Shown in pieces: positions 44,933 through 59,900 of a stretch of DNA of 64,000 bases. The position numbers were made by a program, and so were the translations under genes. The notes beneath the pieces were generated by a model. That model was not told the DNA's origin, did not search any database, and saw nothing but the letters and a program-made list of their open reading frames with translations. The stretch is from Trichoplax sp. H2 (lineage: Eukaryota). How positions within the stretch are numbered: position 1 is the first letter of the stretch; each line of letters begins with the position of its first letter. Where the stretch lies: positions 186,001 to 250,000 of the forward strand of contig NOWV01000107.1 of the NCBI GenBank assembly GCA_003344405.1, given 5' to 3'.

Positions 44933-47900
44933 ATGAAAAGAAGAAAAGAGCAAGCTTTTCTATCATCAACAAGTGATGATGATAATAGTGATATGGATTT
45001 GAGCCAGGTATAGGATTATTCATCATGAGTAATGAAATCAGATTGAACTATTTTTTCAGTAGTTTAATTGCAGTTTTTCACGTGTAACAAGAAAGAAGAG
45101 ATTTTTGTTAACTTCATTATGGTCTTGTAGTAATATATCAAATTAATGATGAATTAGAAATTGCTCAGTTTACCAAAAAGATCACGGCAAGGCGGTGCAA
45201 CACAGAAAGATACCAGTAATAGTAAAAAAGCAATTGTAGAGGAAGATAACTCTGCAAGTAGTGATTCAGAATCTGAATTAAGCGATGATGAAGAGGTAAA
45301 ATTGTACATTTTAACATCCTATCATTTTCATAAACTATAAAATCCGAGAAGAACAATAATGCTAAATTAAATGCAATCACATGTACCTATAACTTATAAG
45401 TATACGTTATCTTTTCTTTCTTTAGTGGACAACTTCGAAGAAGCAACAACGCCAGAAGGCCGCTAATGCAGCTAGTAAACGCAAAAATAATCGAGGTGGA
45501 AAGCGTGGACAACAGCGTCGCCGAAAGAAAAAATATTCTTCAGAGTTGGAAGATTCAGAGGAAGACGACGATGCAAATATTGAAGATCAGCTAGAAGACA
45601 GAGACAGCGATGAAGATGAAAGTAGTGACGAAGATGGGCAGGCATCTTCTACTTCATCCGAATCATCATTCGATGAAGCACGATTTGACGATGGCTTAGA
45701 CGATGACTTGATGGGGGACGATGAAGATCGAGCTAGGTAACGTGTAATGCTTTTATTATTATCTGGATGTTTGCTATGTTCATAAAAGTTGACATAAATA
45801 CTTTATTTACATTTACTGTATACCAATTAGCGTTATAGCGTAGACTTTATTATTTAATAAAAAAGTTTCAATACGAGTTCGTGTTTACAATTCTTATGAA
45901 AACATTTAAAAATGAAACAACTACAAAACTAGTATGATAAACACTTGGACAAAGGTAGTCTCAGTCGATGCTGAAACTTTACCCGCATTATATTGAATGT
46001 TACAATATTATATAATTATATAACATAGAATGGCTAAACTAACGGAAAAAGAAAGGGAACAAGAATTATTTAATCGCGTTGAAAAAAGAGAAGCTCTGAA
46101 AACACGTTACACAATCGAAATGAAACTAAGAAAGGCAAGGAAAGATGAACGAAAGAAAAAGAAGAATATATTAGGTATTGTCAAGTACCGTTATAAAAAT
46201 GTTGTATGATAACAGTAACAAAATCCATGCATAATAATTTGAAAAAATATCATCCTAAGATTTTTCCGTGATGTTTTATCGTAAAATAAATTGACTTACT
46301 TTTTTAATGCGATACTTATTATTCTAAACTGAATGGATGGTCATTCCTTGTACAATTAATTATCATGCATTATATATTCGTGTCAGTAATAACGGTACTG
46401 CGAGTATTACTTTAGTTCTAAAGCCTGCCTGCCTTACCAGTTAAAATTAGACTGTATAAACTCATTAGTTCTATCGCTGTTACTAATACTATTTTAAATC
46501 ATCGCATTGCACAACTGAATGAGCAGCAGCCAGTGCATTAGATCGCCAAGATAGACGGCGTGCAATGAAGCGAAAGCGTGATAAAGAACTTGAAAAAATA
46601 AGAAGCAGACGCGAAAAAAGGATTTCGAAAAAACCAGCTGAACCTACTACTTTTATGCAATCACGTCGCCACTTGACAACAAGTGATGTCTTTACCGATG
46701 ATGACGATGACGATATCAGAGGTACTTCAAAATCCGATACTGATAATTTCAAAGATGGTTATTCGCCAATACGACATTATGAGTAAGTTTATATTCTAGA
46801 TATGCTAATTTATCTAACTATTGACTAGCTCGCAGATAGACGGCCGTCACTACTACTAATAAGACGTCTATACTATATAGAACTGCATGAGTACTCATGA
46901 GATATTTGTTACTATGAATAACCCTAAAATTTTATCTTACTAATGTTTAAATATACAAGTTCTCCGCAATCAGAAGTCGTCACTTATATAACAACAAGAG
47001 CTCAATTATCAACAATTAGATTATCCAGAAGCAAGTTAGAAAGGTAAATGACTCATAAATATACTTTCTAATTATTTTAGCAAGTTTTATCTTTTGTATA
47101 GGATACGAGTAGTTGTAAGTAGTGAATCAGTCTTTATGGCTAATGATTACTAAAATTTCGTTTTAGTTATCTTTGTTATAAATATTTATTTCTGTAAATT
47201 TTCCACAAGTATTTCAGTAGACAATAAATAAGTAGATGGTACCCTAGTACCGCATAATATGCTATTACTCTATACTTTTATGTAGTATGACAGATACTCG
47301 ATATGGAATTTTTCAAGATTGAATCCGAAAATATTTTATTTTGTTAAATTAATGTAGATATATATTTGGTTATTCATTTCCTCTATAGATGGGTTCACAT
47401 GCCTTTCTTTGCAGAAACTGTAGTCGGATGCTTCGTTCGCGTCGGTATTGGAAGTCACGAAGGAAAACAAATCTACAGGGTATTGTCTCATATTACAGAT
47501 ATCGACATACATGCATAAGTACCATGTAGACCTCTGCTTATAAGTCATGTATAATTGTATGAACAGGTAGCTGAAATCATAGATGTTATTGAGAGTGGTA
47601 GAGTGTATAATTTAAATAAAACATCGACGAATAAGGTGTTACATCTAAGGTTTGTAAGCTTGCATAATTGTAAAGTAATGCACAATTGATAGTATTATGA
47701 TAATTTGGATAGTAGGTTTCGCCTTGTCAGCAGCCACGGATATAAAATATGCATACGTATTTTGTTATGTTATAGGCATGGACTAGATGAGCAAAATTTT
47801 AGAATGGAATATGTATCAAACAGCAATTTTACGGACAATGAATTTCTTAAATGGAAGACAAAGGTAACCCGAATGTTATAAAATTATATATTATTGCACT

Positions 47901-49483
47901 GTTGACGAAACAGCTGCTAAGATTTGATGAAACTGCAACATGTAGATGAAAGAATTGGATCTTAATTTGCCAAGCCAAGACGATGTTGACAAGAAAAAGG
48001 AAGATATTATAAGGGCTGCTAATTATAACTTTGATGATGCTGACATTGATGAGGTACCTCGTACGTTTAATTCGAAAGTAATAGAGGGTAGTGAACTGAC
48101 TTGTTGCCTTACGACTTTATGCATCGTTATTAATTGCAATATTAGATTATCGCTGAAAAAGATAAGTTTCGTAAAAATCCTTCCAATTTCGCAGTGAAGC
48201 AAAGTAAATTAGAGCAAGCAATGGTATGATGAACGGATAAAAAGAGAATTAATCAATAAGTTGTGCGCAATTGCTCTAGTTAGCTAGCCAATAATTTACT
48301 ACAATATGCCAATGTGATTTTAGGAAGCTGCTCAGTATCGTGGGGATGAAGATGAAGTTAATCGTATTAAATCAGAGATTGAAAATTTGGATAAAAAGGC
48401 TGAGCAAATTAGCAAATGGCGCTCCCAAAGGCTGGATCCAATAATGTAAGCGTGATATCTCGATTTGAATTTAATCACTGAGGCTAGACTCAAAGGATAT
48501 TGTCTTATGTAAATTTTAAAATATCTCACACAGGTCTATTAATCAGAGGAATCGCCAAAAAAACTTAGCAGAAATAGAGAAAGCTCTAGCTGTATGAACT
48601 ATAAGAAATAAGCGTAACGTTTAAGTTTTCCTTAAAATTGAAAATTTATTTTCGTTATTTTATTAGAGGGAAGTTGCATCGGATGGTGTTTGTGCCGACC
48701 CATTTACTCGGAGAAAGTGCCAGCCAATTTTAGTCAGCATGGTAAGATTCCGTATTTATGTGCTAGATTGACTTTTGCAGCTGCAATTCCTACGGTTAAA
48801 TATAGTTAGATTGAGCTTAAATTGTATTTAATAGTATTTCAATTTTATAATTTAGGTAAAGGACGTACAAAATGTCTACACTAGTAGCCCGACCAAGTCC
48901 TCTAATAAATTGCCAAAATCTAATTTAATGGAAAATAGTAATGTACGTTCTCTTAAGTGTTATTCAACTATGTACGATATCATGATATATATATATTGAA
49001 TTGGATATTCTACAGATGTCTGAATCATCCATTGGGCAAACGCCGATCGCAGCTGAGTTGGTAAGAGTTGAATATGGTCGCACGTAAACTTTATTAAATT
49101 AAAATTTTAAGGATGAACTTTGATATATGTGTAATTGATGCTTTGATACATCTAGAATAATATATCTTCGCAAGACTTGGGTGCGTCGCCTAAATTAGAA
49201 GGTCAGAAAGAAGTTGTGAACTTGTTTAGTGCCCACGACTTTGACGTGAAAATTGATATCGATGTTGGTCCGCCAGGTATGCAATTGTACCTAATTCAGG
49301 CATATCTGTATTTTCTGCTACCTGAGAGTTAATGTGATTGTCTTTTGTTTGACAATTGGTATCCTCATAGCCCCAGGAATATCCATTCCTCGGAAGCAGA
49401 CAGATAATAAAGCAGCAAATCAGGGAACATCAAGAAGATGCTTAAACCTTAGCGATTATAAGAAACGAAAAGGATTAATCTAA
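44933..49483 (+). CDS. RTF1: RNA polymerase-associated protein RTF1 (PAF1 complex, Plus3 domain)
   Basis: MKRRKEQ... start; [18 protein letters not shown] / [21 protein letters not shown] (HMD); Plus3 [55 protein letters not shown]-terminus [16 protein letters not shown]. Confidence 0.97.
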
Positions 49484-51499
49484 GTGTTCTCGTTGTTACA
49501 ATAAAGCAATGTATAATAACTATGGTGTAAATATGTTCCCGTAGTAATTTTAATTTGTTATGAAATCATTACAGTAGGTTCATGGAACATTTAAAAGCTA
49601 TTTTTATGGCGTTTCTCTTATACTAATGACAAGTTGTATTTTATGGTGTTGTCTTAAATGTTATGTTATGCTTTACATTTATGATATCTTTAGCTTCTTA
49701 TAGCAATGCACTTATGTAAATACTTCGGAGTTTGCGCTTGTATATAGCGTTCCTGAATGATCTCTTAGAGCAATAGATGAAATTCACCTAATTTTAAATT
49801 AAGACGCCCTTATTTTAGCTTGTATTAGGTTAAGCAACATTTGGTCTTAGTAATAAAGCACCCTACATTCGTATATTGAGATAATGACTAATGCGAAAGA
49901 TCAGTTTATGCGTATTTTAATATTACTGCTTTAGTTGATTGGATTGGCAATACGACTTTCATACCCATGTAATTAAAAGAGCATAATTTATATAGTGAAC
50001 CGTGTACATTTATAATCATGAAGTCATGATGATAAAGCTGCAAGATTTAGCTAGGTTTCCTCCGTAATCAAATCTTTTCTTTCATTAGCTAAGATCTTTA
50101 TGAAGTACTATAGTTAGCTGTATTGTCTTTCTTAGCCGTTTTCAACATGTATCACATAACTGTATCAAGGATAGGTTGCCTACGAATATTCTAGTTGCTG
50201 AAGACGAATTAAATCTTTATGATATACACACATTAGTCTTTCATGTGTCACAAACTCTATAGAGGCACATAAAACAATTTCACGAACTTTATTTCAAAAT
50301 AGTTCCCCGTTTTTCATAAAAAAAATGGTAAGTATTGAAATAATCCTAAGGTAATATAAATAAACGTAAAATACCAAATTATAACCTTTCTAACGGTTGA
50401 CATAAGGGTACTTCATTGCTGCAATATCAAGTGTTTTGACATTGCAATTACTAATTTTGGAGGGTTGATGAGCAATAATATCGCGAGATTGTGCTTAATA
50501 CAAAAACAATCACGCGCTAAGAGCAATTTAAGTTAACAAGGCACGTGTAAGTGTAAACAGGTTAGCACCCCAGAATAATACTGTATTATTTACGGTGTTA
50601 GAAATTATTTAGACGAATTTAGATAATAAAGGGTTTAAATTCAAGCTGCCAAACAATGATGATACGAGAATGCCGAAATAGATGTTAATAAGGCACCAAT
50701 CCCTTTAGTCTCTACAACATTTCTCAGTAGATTTTATGCTAGAATTGCTAAGCTAATTTCGGGGTCTGATACCTATATAGTAAGATTACAATAATTATAC
50801 ATTCTGGTGGATGCATCATGAAAATACGATGAGATCATTTACGCTGTGTTCTACAGTTATCGCTGCTACGTTCATACTCTGATAGCCCCTCGATTAATGG
50901 TATGCGTCCTGTCTTGAATGTCTTTGCATGAGAGTAGAAAAAAAATTTACTTCGTTTTGTATTTATATTCTATTCTCTTAATCTTATGTACACTTAGGAA
51001 AATTAGTGACTATGGCGGTCATTTCGATTAAGATAAAGAAGACTATATTATTTCTTTGTTATTTATTTGCTTAAGTGATGACTTCAATTTTATGAGAATA
51101 AAAACGTAAATTTACTGTTAAAATTTGCCACTAACGTCTTAGATAAATAATAATCTAGGCTCTAGTCATCTACGTAGCTGGCAGTATAATGAATAGCAAA
51201 TACATTGTGAGATTTAATAAAATTCTCTGCACTTTCAGAAGTGATCCTTCATTATGATAAGCTTAATAAAGTTTACGTTGGTATAACGATAAGAAAATAA
51301 TAACGTGAGTTAATTACTTATACGAGATCTTGGTAAAACCTATACTTTGATCAGATATTATGATGACTCTTCATTGTAAAAATAATAGATACCTCACTAA
51401 TTACAATTACAATTATAATAGCCAGATAATCGTAGCATACTCGTAAATGATTTATTTTTACAATAATAAACTGGTGACATAGTTACAAGAATACCGAAA

Positions 51500-52752
51500 T
51501 TAAGGGATAATAAAGTATCTATATTTAATTATTACTAACAATCCAATTCCTGGTGTTTACGTTTTGGACTTGTTTTAAAGGGGTGTAAGCGAATATAACA
51601 ATAGAATTTGGAGCTGCTGTTAAAATTCTATAAACCAATTTTTCGATACGTTAGTCAGAATGATCTACTATTTACAATAAATCTTAGCTGTTAATAAATG
51701 ATAAACATATATTTTAATATAATAAATCTGGTAAAAATCCTACTTTCAATCTATTTGTAAAATACTATTCTCGCGTTGTTATTTTACTAGAGTTAAGATT
51801 CTTATAGTAACCCATGTCTATAGAATTGTTGAAAGTTCTATCTTGTAATGATAACATACTTCTGTACTTTATGTTAAAAGCCCTAAAATACCAGAATGTA
51901 ACTGTCACAAACTTAACTTGCGAAGTTCTATCCTAAACTAATGATTACTTATTCCTATTTCCACTACACCTGGAGATCTACTGTGTGGTAGTCCTATACT
52001 ACTTACAGTCACATAGTTGGCAGCTTATCTGTGTAGTCGAGAGTTAGTTCAACTACGATAGTAGCCTAAGTCAGTTTCTAATAACTCTTGATCGTTATCT
52101 GCACCTAGTTTATCCTTTTCAAAATTCTCGCTTATCTAGTAAAACTACTATCTTGGCGTTAGCAGTTCTTTGGATAATGTCAATCGCATTAGTTGGATTA
52201 CCAATTATTTATAGTATTAATCAACCGTCAATTAATCGTCTATATTCTAGTAACATTGCATGTTTGCCTTGCAATTTTAATAATCCATATTTATTAACAT
52301 GGCTATTGTGTTATGCTGGATTAACCTTCGTCGTTTGGATTTTTATTGCAATCATGTATGTCATAACTCTATCGACACTAGCAAATTCACGTAAAGAAGC
52401 TCATAGACGTTTATCAAACACTGATAAAATTATTCGGGCTAAAATGATTACTATCATAGTAACGAATTTAATTTGTTGGCTACCATTATATGTAATATTA
52501 ATTCGAGATTTTGGTTCTGGATTAGACACGCATTCACTCCCATTTATTGCTGTGTTATCATTGCCACTAAATTCATGTATTAACCGGATTCTTTTTACAC
52601 TCTTTACAACTACTTTTATTGATTACATTAACTTGGTTATTGGAAAGTTAAATTGCTGTTCATGTTTAACATTCTTTCGATCAATTCATAAGTCAACTCA
52701 AGGCAGTCAACTACAAGGGAGTAAGTTAAGGTCTATTTCTAAAGTAAAGTGA
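51500..52752 (+). pseudogene. decayed LRR-containing rhodopsin-class GPCR (LGR/RXFP-like); TM3 end to TM7 still open
   Basis: Open frame 52048-52752 has ITLDRYLHLVYPF, TNLICWLP and LPLNSCINRILF (NPxxY broken). In-frame TAG at 52045; most of TM1-TM3 missing. Out-of-frame hinge remnant ISTTPGDLLCGSPILLTVT* (51957-52016) and LRR-like KYLYLIITNNPI (51513-51548) upstream. Confidence 0.75.
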
Positions 52753-53792
52753 TTTATATATTTCTGAAGCCTTATTATATGCGATTTCTTTAACCATTAA
52801 ATATTAATATATATCTCAACGAATAAGAAACAATGTATAACAATTACAGTAGTCCTCGATTTATCTGAGGTAATCCATTTTAAAAGATTCGCAATGTTCA
52901 AAATCAAGTATTTTACGCATTTGCTTTTGCCTAGTACGGTTATTCCGTATTTCTTACTTTAAACCATAAACTATCTTGGCTTTAGCGAGACTAATTTTAA
53001 AATCCTTTAGCAATATCTAACATAATCATAAATTTTATTCGTCTAGTACTTGCTTTAACTATTGTACAATCTGAACTGGATCAGTAGCGTTTACCTTACT
53101 TCATATCGTGACCATTACTAGAGCGAAAGTACGGTAGTGATTTTCATGCAATTTGCATAAAACAAACGCATATGACAATTACATGATATGAACAGCTCTT
53201 TCCTTATAGCATAAAGGCTAGAGTAAACTTTGCTAATATTTAAGGGAGATGTATTTCAATGAGTAATGAATCCAAATAGTCTGCTATTCCTATAGTTAGT
53301 ATAATAACTAAAATTATTGAAAATTATATTACATTTATCCAAGATTTATACAGGTGTATAGGCATATCATTTATTGTACTTAATATTATCTATCACTAGT
53401 AGTACAGAATAGCCATGTTAAGTAAGATTTTTTGATTAGCTCATATGTACGTATAATTAACGTCGCTGCAAGGATTACATCAAAGTCGAATTACTTCATA
53501 ATTACCAAGCGAATCATTTCAGTTAGCTGCAGTTTTATAACATGAAAGATAGTTTGTTTTGGAAAAAGGAGATATTATTTTATACATACATCAAATCGGA
53601 AAACTGTGAATTAAAAAATATTTGGAGTTGTTCGTGGTACTGTGAAGGAGATGAATGTAGAGTCGAAATAGATGGTGTCAAGAAGCTATTTCTGAATATA
53701 TTGTAGGTCCTATATTTTTAGTATTTATAGTGGATTAGGTACCGTTTGTATTCATGCGGTTGTATTTACAAGATATATTCTCTTTTCTGCAG

Positions 53793-54555
53793 CGTAACTT
53801 GTTATTAAGCAGACGCCACTGACATAATGCTACTGAGCAATTCCATTCGTTTGCAATCCAATTCCCTAACATCGCAGCAGGTTTTGCATATTATTTATTA
53901 TTAAGATTATGCAAGCAATCCAATCTTTGCACCTGAATAATATAGTTTATGGATCAATTGATACCGATGCTGTTGTTCTTCTTATCCCGCCAAAGGTATG
54001 TGAAAGCATGTTAAGGACAGATATTTGAAAATGCGACAGTTCTTAAATATTTAATTTTTCATTAGTTTATTTTTACTTAGATCATGTTCACAATTTGTGC
54101 AAATACAATGTAAATATTGTGTATTTCATTAACAATTTTTAGTGGGTAACAAATTTCAGAGATACAATTCTAGTTATTCGAGTATAATCCTCATTACGGA
54201 TTAGTTGAATTCCTATCACTATTTGTAAACGCTGTTATCTATCCTTTTTAGAAAAGACATGATATAAGTGATAACTGATTGCTTATTTAACTTCATATAT
54301 CTAGGAACCGATTAACGCCTTATTAGACAAATTTTCATAAACGACAAAATTTAAAAAATGATCTTCATGAAATATGCAGAGATCGATACCGTCAATTAAT
54401 CAGTGCAGATATTTCTGATTTTGTGTTGCTACGCAATGAATTAATTTCATACTCCCAAACGCTGATCGATCAAATGAATAAGAGCCAATTGCGACTAGAT
54501 AAAATGATACAATTTAACGAAGATATTAAATCTTGGAGATCGGTGAACGAGAAAG
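53793..54555 (+). pseudogene. possible multi-exon gene remnant of unknown family
   Basis: AG/GT-bounded segments ~53793-53880 and ~53947-53995 join in phase (one internal TGA). A ~75-codon helical-looking stretch ~54326-54555 ends at a GTAGGT donor. No recognisable domain. Confidence 0.3.
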
Positions 54556-56579
54556 TAGGTGTCAAGTTTAATAAACTGTATTAACTATACATAGTTAATT
54601 ACTAACAACTAGTGCCTAGTGAAAGCTACAATGATAATAACTAAACCTTGAGTAACAAAAGTATATTCTAAGGTAGTAAAACAGCAATTACTGCCGTAAA
54701 TTATTACTTTGAATGTCCATAAGCAGCTATACTGACGTACAGTAATTGAACTAAATGCTAAAATTATGACGAAGTTGTAATAGATTCTTTAATTAATATT
54801 CATTAATCTAACTAACATTAATCAAATTTAGTAACTCATCGTCAAAGGTGCCGTCAAGGTTTAATTACAGAAAAATAGAGAACCGAAGCAAATTCTAGCT
54901 TATCTGTGGATCATTATTAGCAATAACTGAAAGGATTTCAAAGTCTACTCGGGGCCAAATGTACTAGATAGCTTTAATTTTTCATTCCCAATAATTAATC
55001 TCTGATGACATAGTACCGTGAAAATTAGATCAGAAAATCGAGCCCAATAAGAGCGATGAAAGTAACTTGTCACTCGAGTTCGTACTTTTCTTAGATGCAG
55101 TATTAATGATGAGATTAGCCTCTTTAATCTATAGTATAAATATTTGGTCAACATCTGGATACACCGATGGATAGTTATTTTCGTTAACGATTATATTTGT
55201 CATAGTGATTTTACCATAGTTGTTTAGAGAGCAACTACTGTTCTCTACCTTCCAGCTGATATTGTACAGTCAGCTTAGGATAAATTTCGCAAAGAATGGC
55301 CCAGAGAACTCTAGTAGTTCGTAATTTTGAAATATAATATCGATTTCTAGTTTTAGAGAATTTTTGTAGATTTACTTAGCTTCAAGAGACAATCATAGGA
55401 ACATTTAGTTATATTTATTATCTAGTACGTGGTAATTGTACATTCCAATAAGTACCAAAATAAAGTGAGAGTGGACATATGGAAAATAGTATTAAAACGT
55501 AATACTTTTATCAATAAATTCCATAACTTCAGTTTTAAAGCTCTGCATAAAAATTTTGCTTATGTAATTTCGATGTCTCACTCTTGAACCGTATGTGCCG
55601 GTAGAGTTTCGAATGGAACATACACATACTAAGAACTTTACCTGCCGCTGTTACATTTTTAGAGTCTTCTACTTTGCAATAGTACTAATATCAGAATCAC
55701 TACAGTTACAAATCTTCAATTCTATTATTCATTCTAAATATGTCACTTTAGTTTCTACCTCATCTTGTTTAATAGTAAAGTCTGACGCTATAGCATTGTA
55801 ACGCTTACTACATGGAGTGAGTTGTGTTACGAAGTCGAAATTTCCTAACTGATTTACTATGCTTAATCATTAATATAATTTATAGTGTCTCTATCATAGA
55901 CTACTCAAGAAAGACTTTAAAAAAGCCGTTTCTAGTAATCCATGTCTGCATGCTTATTTGATGACTAAATGGAGACATCTATTTCTGCTTTGAAACTATC
56001 ATCTTTGAGCTTAGTCTTAGATGGCTGTCCTAATTTATACTTTGCGACAAAAAAAGTTAAAGTAAATGTCTACTAGTCACTACTGACTTAAACACACTCT
56101 TTTACTACACATTAAATACAGTCAGCAAAGTATCATAAAAATAGAACTTTTATTAGTATAGATGCAACTACAGCTTTTCACGTACACTACTAAACACAAA
56201 ATGTTCTCGTTTATATGGGAACCGTTTAACTTGCAAATAATAATAGTACTATTATTATTACATCATTAAAGCTGGATCCACGGCAAAATAATAGAATATA
56301 ATAATATTATTATAATAATCATTATTACATAAGAGAAATAAATAGCAAATAAGAAAGACCGTCAGGAGAGATATCTCGGACTGAGATGTTCCTCATTATA
56401 TAGCTTTTCTATCAATAATTTTATTTAACCTATTGCTCATACTTGATCTTAATCTAAGCATATATGTTATCTAGCTCAACTATCATTAGCTAGAACTTGA
56501 ATCGTCTTACCACCATCGACTCATAATAACGTTCGATGTCAAATATGTAATAAATTATCACAAATAATATCTCGTTAAG

Positions 56580-56900
56580 GCATTACTTACCTTACCTAGC
56601 ACTACTAATATGGATATTTTCCATATTAGCTACTACCGTGCTATTCAATTATCTTAACGGCAAGGTACCACCGCAACAATAGCACATCTAACACAATGAA
56701 TATCCGGTTTTAAAAATATAGTAATAATGGATATTGTAGTAAGCATTTCTTACCTTACCTAGCACTACAACTATGGATATTTCCATATTAGCTACTACTG
56801 TACTATTTAAATTATCTTAACGGCAAGGTACCGCCGCAACAATAGCACATCTAACACAATGAATATCCTGTTTATGACATGGGGATAATTGATATTGTAG
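56580..56900. repeat. 163-bp tandem duplication
   Basis: GCATT.CTTACCTTACCTAGCACTAC...CTTAACGGCAAGGTACC.CCGCAACAATAGCACATCTAACACAATGAATATCC at 56580 and 56743. Confidence 0.93.
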
Positions 56901-59900
56901 ATATATTACTGTAATCTACTTATAAATTGTAGTAAGTATATGAGCATATTGTAAATAGACAAAAAGAAAGAGAAATAAATTCATTCTTTTCTACGCATCT
57001 TCTGTTAAGTCTGCATTCTAGTAGACTTTACTGCTGAGGTAGGCAATTAACGAATTTTCTACAAAGTATAGTGAAGCTACTTGAATAGAGGCGCTTAACG
57101 TTACGATTACTTATAGTGCTTACAGTATCCATTCAATATTTATTGGAACAGCGGTAAAAGTTTTCATTGTGAAAGAAGATTTCTTGTGTTGCAATTGTGG
57201 TTGGAATACATGATCATCGTAATTTTATTACTGACGTCTTGCTATTATTTCCAACGAAATGTAGAGTAAATTAACATATTCTTAATTATTGTATACCTAT
57301 TTTGACAAATTGACCTCAAATACAATTAGGTAATGTATAAAACTTAAATTTTGTTCTGTAAACATGTTAATATTATATAATAACCTACGGCATAGCTCAC
57401 TATATGAATAGAAGTAAGACTATTAATATTCGACTCTTGACGTAATCTTACTTAAATATAATTAAATTTTATCTGGATCTACATCTTATTAAGAAGTATA
57501 CTAGTATTTGAATTAGCTTTGATTATAATCGTTACTGTAAAAACACTGTGACAATAGCCTTCCGCCAGCTGTAATATAATCTCATGCTTAGTCATAAATC
57601 ACCATAACGCCAACATCTTTAACTTTGACTTAGTCTTTTATCTGATTCCGATGAAATTAAATTAGAATTAGAACTATTGTGGTCTTTTAATAATAACAGT
57701 TGCACCACCTTGTTCAGTTATGTCCATGTTGAGATCATATCATGACGTCGCTTTGGTGAGAACTTACTCGTAATTGTTATATTGTAGTTGCGGAATAGCT
57801 TCACGGTATATATTGAGCCACTTTTCTTGGAATATTAATTAGTAGATATTATATCAGAATTGTGTCTACGGTTATCTAGATTTATTTTAAAACTTTCTTT
57901 GAAAATGAAACTGTTAATATAGTACAATTTGCCAATGTTTTCAACACGATATTTTTCGTCAGCTTTAAATTTGTTTTTTTCTTTTAGTTTATTTACGACA
58001 GTAACTTTAGGATTCAATTTCCGCATCAGCCTATCATATTTCATACTATTGTTTTACAAATTATAGATGCAAAGCTTGGGAAAGTCAATAAAGCAATTTA
58101 ATAAAGCCTAACAAACAGTGAGATACTGTTCTATAGTCTCCGAATCTTGAACCTGATTTCTTTAACTCTATACATTACTACAATTACTCCTTTCGTATGG
58201 AATTTTCTGCAAATACAAAGAATGTAAGAGCAACATGAACACAACTGTATTCATTAAGATCCATTAGCTATAGTTACAATAAAATTTACTATGCTAGACA
58301 ACTGATCTGTATGAGACTAAATCAATAATGACATTATACAATATTTTCAAAATATTTCAATGATTGAATACTACAATAGAAATTGTCGAAATCTGATATA
58401 TTAGTAAAATATAATTGTGATGACAGAATAAATTTCGTATTGAATGTCCACTGCAACCATTTGCAAGTTCATGATTGAGATAGAATTAGTACCTAAAAAT
58501 GAGGTAAATAATTAATCTTGTTACTTTTCATAATGCGATAATTTTCTAATATACTGTTAAAAAACTGTGATTTTGGAGCTACACTAGACAGTATTAGTAA
58601 ATTTTATTGTTATTATCTGTACAGGTGCCGTAATTAAAAAAGTAATGGGAGTTTAATGAATATTTTCAAAACCAAAGTAAATTTGGTCTAGACATTCGTA
58701 TAGAGTATATCCGCTAATCAGGGATATAATACTCGCTTTGAGATATCGGACTTGATTGTTTATGGCTTTTTTTAGTCATGGAAACGATCCATTGTTACTA
58801 CAAGCTGTTTATATATTCCTGTTCTGATACTCAGGGTGAATGATAAACTCCATCGTTAAATGGTAATAATCCGTTAAATAATTAAAAAATTTTAATTTCA
58901 TAAGCTTAAAGATGATTTTGCTTAATCTAGTGAAAAAGTAGCTAATATGATACAAGAGCTTACCGAGCCGATTAAATCTATACACGATGATAATCTTTTC
59001 ACTATATTAAATATCGTAATATTAGTCTGGCAGAAAATTGGTTTAATAATTGATTATGATATAATGCGTTGTGTTTAACAGCTTGACATTTTATAGATTG
59101 CTTCATTTACCGTCTCAAAATTTGTTATATACAGGATGCTAGTGTTAAAGATTATTTCTTCAGTCTAGATGTCGTAAAATTTACAATGACTGGAAGTCGA
59201 AAACAAATAAACAAAAGCATTATAATTAAGAACATTGAATTGTCTAAATTTTAGCTATTAAAAATGTTCCATTAATTTGAGGTTGTCATAAGTTACGCTA
59301 GAGGGTATAATTATACAGCTACGCCGTTCAAACTTTCTCACTCAATTTTCTTTAAGTGACTCGATCTTTCTGATCATCAGAATGGTAAAAATTATTCTGG
59401 ATTACATACTCTTGTATTTGATTTTATGTTGCACATTAAATAGGCTTGCAGGTGGGATGACAACATATACGAGTATATCCTTATGATTAATAACGTTTTT
59501 AATATCATAGTTATGTCCTTATGATTGTTAATAGTTTTTAAACGATATCATCTAGAAAATGCCAAAGACTACTGATATTTTTGTTGTAATTTCACATTAC
59601 GTAACTTGATATACTGTAAATACCAAGTCAATGTAGAATATATGTATAGTTTATAGATATAACCAAGCTATAATATCTTTTGGTAGTTTTGGAAGGCCTT
59701 CAATGTGGTAGCTCATCGCAACAAATTCCATCCAGTAAATTCTGCGACTGCAAGACCGATTGCCACAATGGACAAGATGAAAGAGATTGTAGTACGTATC
59801 GTACTTTATATAAACTTAAGTATTATCATTTACATTATTAATCTTCGACCTCTAGTACTGACAAATTGAAGCATGAGCTATCGTATCCCTCGAATCTGCA

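Noticed and set aside
57500-58044. Minus-strand ORF 57835-58044 and downstream words loosely resembling a Penelope-like element N-terminus
   Set aside because: No RT or GIY-YIG motifs follow, and the plus strand gives equally good LRR-like words. Too weak to call.
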